This document shows, piece after piece, positions 61,401 through 64,000 of a DNA stretch of 64,000 nt. Every line of letters begins with the position of its first letter. Positions within the stretch are counted from its first letter, which is position 1. This DNA comes from Ignavibacteriaceae bacterium. Its GTDB lineage: Bacteria > Bacteroidota > Ignavibacteria > Ignavibacteriales > Ignavibacteriaceae. The notes beneath the pieces were generated by a model. That model ran no database searches, had not been told where the DNA came from, and worked only from the letters and a program-made list of their open reading frames with translations. Made by a program: the position numbers and the translations under genes. Location: NCBI GenBank assembly GCA_013359345.1, contig JABWCA010000002.1, positions 740 through 64,739 on the forward strand, written 5' to 3'.

Positions 61401-61805
61401 AATTCCTGAATCCCGTATTCCTGCGTCCTGAATCCCGTATTCCTGCGTCCTGAATCCCGTATTCCTGTGTCTTGAATCCTGTATTCCTGAGTCCTGAATC
61501 CCGTATTCCTGTGTCTTGAATCCTGTATTCCTGCGTCCTGAATTCCTGCGTCCTGAATTCCTGAGTCCTGTATCCTGAATTCCTGTGTCTTGTATCCTGA
61601 ATTCCTGAGTCCTGTATCCTGTATTCCTGTGTCCTGTATCCTGTATTCCTGTGTCCTGTATCCTGAATTCCTGAGTCCTGAATCCCGTATTCCTGTGTCC
61701 TGAATCCTGAATTCCTGAGTCCTGAATCCCGTATTCCTGTGTCCTGAATTCCTGTGTCCTGTATCCTGATTTCCTGTATCCTGTGTCTTGTGTCCTGTTT
61801 TCCTG
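61401..61805. repeat. Array of 55 contiguous 7/8-nt units NN(T)TCCTG (22-bp super-period); minus strand reads CAGGA x45, CGGGA x6, CAAGA x4
   Basis: Parsed by hand unit by unit. There are 20 octamers and 35 heptamers, which sum to exactly 405 nt. Most units follow an 8+7+7 pattern. There are no unique spacers. Confidence 0.9.
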
Positions 61806-61823
61806 TTTACTAAGCCGAAGGCG

Positions 61824-61851
61824 TTTCACTGCTCACTACTCACTGTTCACT
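61824..61851. repeat. Four tandem heptamers NNTCACT between the array and the ppc stop
   Basis: TTTCACT GCTCACT ACTCACT GTTCACT, in register with the adjacent 7-nt periodicity. Confidence 0.8.
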
Positions 61852-61852
61852 G

Positions 61853-64000
61853 TTATCCTGTATTCCTTATACCGGCAGAAATACCGTTAACTGTTGAGCG
61901 GAGCAGGGTAAGAATCTGTTCATCCTTCTTTTCGGGGTTGCTGCGGTATTCACGTATAAATCTGAGCTGGATGAAGCTGATGGGATCAAGATAAGGATTC
62001 CGTAGTAAAATGGTTCTCTGAAGAGCTTTATCGCTGTCAAGCAGGTACTTGTGACCGGTGATTTTAAGAACGGCGCTCACAGTTAAAAGGTACTCTTCCT
62101 TTATACCGGAAAAAATCCTGGCTGAGCCGGGTGAACTGCACAGAGCCGCATACTCCTCGCCGATTATGAGGTTGGTTTTTATAAGAATCATCTCAAGATT
62201 ATCGGTAAGAACCTTGAAAAATTTCCAGCTCCTGTAAATTTCCTTCAGCTTTTCCCAGGTGGTGATATTTTCATTTACCGCATTGTGAATTGCAGTACCG
62301 AAACCATACCAGCCGGAGATTGTCTGCATATTCTGATTCCACGAAAACACCCACGGAATTGCCCTCAGGTCTGAAATTTCCTTTGTTTTCTTTCTTGCGC
62401 TCGGCCGTGAGCCTATTTCAAGCTGTTCAATGATATCAATAGGAGTGGCTTCCCTGAAATAACCGATAAAATCATCATCTGTTACAAGAGAGCGGTATTT
62501 CTCAAAAGCTGACTGCGAAAGACCTGAGAAAAGTTTATAGTACTCTGCCGGTGCCCCTCCGGTTTTTCTGCTGAATCTGGAATTATAGGAGGCTGAAATA
62601 ACAGCCGAAGTAATCATTTCCAGGTTTGAGAGAGCAAGATCAGGCAGAAGATACTTTGATGAAATCATCTCTCCCTGTTCAGTGATCTTGATTTTGCCGT
62701 TAACCGTACCAACCGGCTTGGCGAGAATTGAATCATACACGGGTCCGCCGCCGCGTGAAATAGAGCCGCCCCGGCCATGAAAGATGATCATTTCGATCCC
62801 GGCTTTTTCAGAAACATCCCTCAGGTTCTTCTGTGCCTCAATAAGCTCAAAGTTTGAAGTGAGATACCCGCCGTCTTTGTTGCTGTCGGAGTAACCTATC
62901 ATTATTTTCTGAATATTACCCCTTGCGTTCAGCTGACTCCGGTAGAGAGGAGTGCTGTAAAGTTCATCCATTATATCATGGCACTCCCTGAGATCGGAGA
63001 TGGTTTCAAACAGAGGCAGTATATTGATGACAGAAGATGCAACCCCGTTTCCTTCAATTTTCACGAGTCCAGTTTCCTTGGCAATGAGCATGGCCGAAAG
63101 GACATCGCTCACACGGGAGCAGTTGCTTATGATATAATCTTTTCCCGCCCACACAGAGATTGTCTCATCCGCCCATTTAATGAGTGAAAACTCCTCCATT
63201 ATCTGCAAAGTTTTCTGGGAAAGAGATGAAAACTGATTAACCAGGGGTCTGGGGCTGCTTATCTCATTAAGAAGTATCCGGTTTTTCTCAAACTCCTCAA
63301 AAGAGGAAAACTTTCTGATTCCGCAGCTTTTATCCAGTATTTCCTCAACCGCAGCCCTTATTAACGCCGAGTTCTGCCTTATATCGAGTTTGGCAAAATA
63401 AAAACCGAAAGTTTTAACTTTATAAATCAGGGGCAGAACTATAGTTTCGGTAATCTCGCGACCCTTGTTTTCAAGCAGAGAGTCATAAATAATCTCAAGA
63501 TCATCAATAAGTTCATCTTCATTTTTATAAGCCGCGGGGTCATTTTTATCAATACCGTTGAGTTTGGAATATATAAAAAAGAGTTTGTGACGGTAAACTT
63601 CGCCGGGATCTGTAAACCGGGATGCTTCTGAAACATCAAGCAGTTTCTGGTCTCTGGCTATCGATTCCTTTAATGCGGGTGATGCGCTGGTCTGATGCAC
63701 TGAACTGCTGAGGTAGATATAAAGAGTATCGAGTTCAGCCTTATAAAGCCTGATTATCTGATCACGGTTCTGCAGAAGAGTCTCGCGCGTTATTTTCGGG
63801 GTAACAAACGGATGCCCGTCGCGGTCACCGCCTATCCATGACCCAAAACGAATAAGCACAGGGGATATCCCTTTTTTAAGGCCTGCTTCTTTAAGATGAT
63901 AATTTATTTTAGAGTAAAACCTGCCTATAACAGGATAAAGAACATCCTTGAAGAAAAACAATCCGCGCTGCACCTCATCCTGGATAGTGATTTTATGAAA
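61853..64000 (-). CDS. ppc: Phosphoenolpyruvate carboxylase; C-terminal part of about 715 aa, N-terminus outside window
   Basis: GYSDSNKDGG and FHGRGGSISRGGGP catalytic motifs and the universally conserved C-terminus ..IRNTG. The track's M at 63973 is an internal GTG; the frame stays open to the window edge. Confidence 0.95.
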   Translation of the reverse strand, partial: FHKITIQDEVQRGLFFFKDVLYPVIGRFYSKINYHLKEAGLKKGISPVLIRFGSWIGGDRDGHPFVTPKITRETLLQNRDQIIRLYKAELDTLYIYLSSSVHQTSASPALKESIARDQKLLDVSEASRFTDPGEVYRHKLFFIYSKLNGIDKNDPAAYKNEDELIDDLEIIYDSLLENKGREITETIVLPLIYKVKTFGFYFAKLDIRQNSALIRAAVEEILDKSCGIRKFSSFEEFEKNRILLNEISSPRPLVNQFSSLSQKTLQIMEEFSLIKWADETISVWAGKDYIISNCSRVSDVLSAMLIAKETGLVKIEGNGVASSVINILPLFETISDLRECHDIMDELYSTPLYRSQLNARGNIQKIMIGYSDSNKDGGYLTSNFELIEAQKNLRDVSEKAGIEMIIFHGRGGSISRGGGPVYDSILAKPVGTVNGKIKITEQGEMISSKYLLPDLALSNLEMITSAVISASYNSRFSRKTGGAPAEYYKLFSGLSQSAFEKYRSLVTDDDFIGYFREATPIDIIEQLEIGSRPSARKKTKEISDLRAIPWVFSWNQNMQTISGWYGFGTAIHNAVNENITTWEKLKEIYRSWKFFKVLTDNLEMILIKTNLIIGEEYAALCSSPGSARIFSGIKEEYLLTVSAVLKITGHKYLLDSDKALQRTILLRNPYLDPISFIQLRFIREYRSNPEKKDEQILTLLRSTVNGISAGIRNTG

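Noticed and set aside
61401-61805. Possible CRISPR array
   Set aside because: The units are 7-8 nt and contiguous with no unique spacers. There are no cas genes in the window.
61356-61829. 157-aa minus-strand ORF (MKRLRLSKQENRTQDTGYRKSGYRTQEF...) running through the repeat array
   Set aside because: It stays open only because the CAGGA-type repeat lacks stop triplets on that strand. The 22-nt DNA period forces a 22-aa pseudo-repeat that cycles through all three frames. The start is GTG with no ribosome-binding signal, and the composition is not protein-like. It is treated as an artefact of the DNA repeat.

Overview
This 64-kb window is the replication-origin neighbourhood of a bacterial chromosome. 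It carries dnaA-dnaN-recF-DUF721(DciA-like)-gyrB-gyrA, with clusters of consensus DnaA boxes and AT-rich tracts on both sides of dnaA. The classic origin-linked genes mnmE, mnmG and rsmG lie further along. Three lineage clues point to the FCB superphylum, probably an Ignavibacteriota-like organism (inference only): two BNR propeller proteins ending in the ..NYPNPFNP.. T9SS sorting domain, a PorV/PorQ-like barrel, and a ribosomal protein THX gene with TAnnTTTG-type promoter motifs. Most of the window is ordinary housekeeping: pdxB, trhO, class II photolyase, glgA, a metY-metX-thrA operon behind a SAM-clan riboswitch, hflX, mfd, murQ, clpB, an AbgT transporter and ppc. It also holds a Wsp-like chemosensory cluster (cheW-cheW-mcp-cheA/REC-cheB-REC/HK, no cheR). 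I see no rRNA, tRNA, CRISPR array, transposase or obvious defence island. The parts that existing gene calls do not explain are non-coding. (1) A 405-bp array of 55 hepta/octamer units lies directly 3' of ppc; on the ppc strand it reads as about 51 (C)AGGA/GGGA motifs, so it is a candidate CsrB/Rsm-like protein-sponge RNA or an unusual 3'UTR. Its unit sequence equals the last codons of ppc. (2) A 770-bp ORF-free spacer between convergent genes contains a 54-bp tandem repeat. (3) A vapBC-like cassette with a doubly nonsense-mutated toxin sits between two copies of a 35-bp duplicated terminator, between gyrA and glgA. (4) The metY leader has a SAM-I/IV-like aptamer and two tandem intrinsic terminators. 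(5) A duplicated 19-bp element with a perfect 14-bp palindrome (GTTTCACGTGAAAC) brackets the mnmE-mnmG spacer. All functional readings of these elements are hypotheses. No database search or folding computation could be run.
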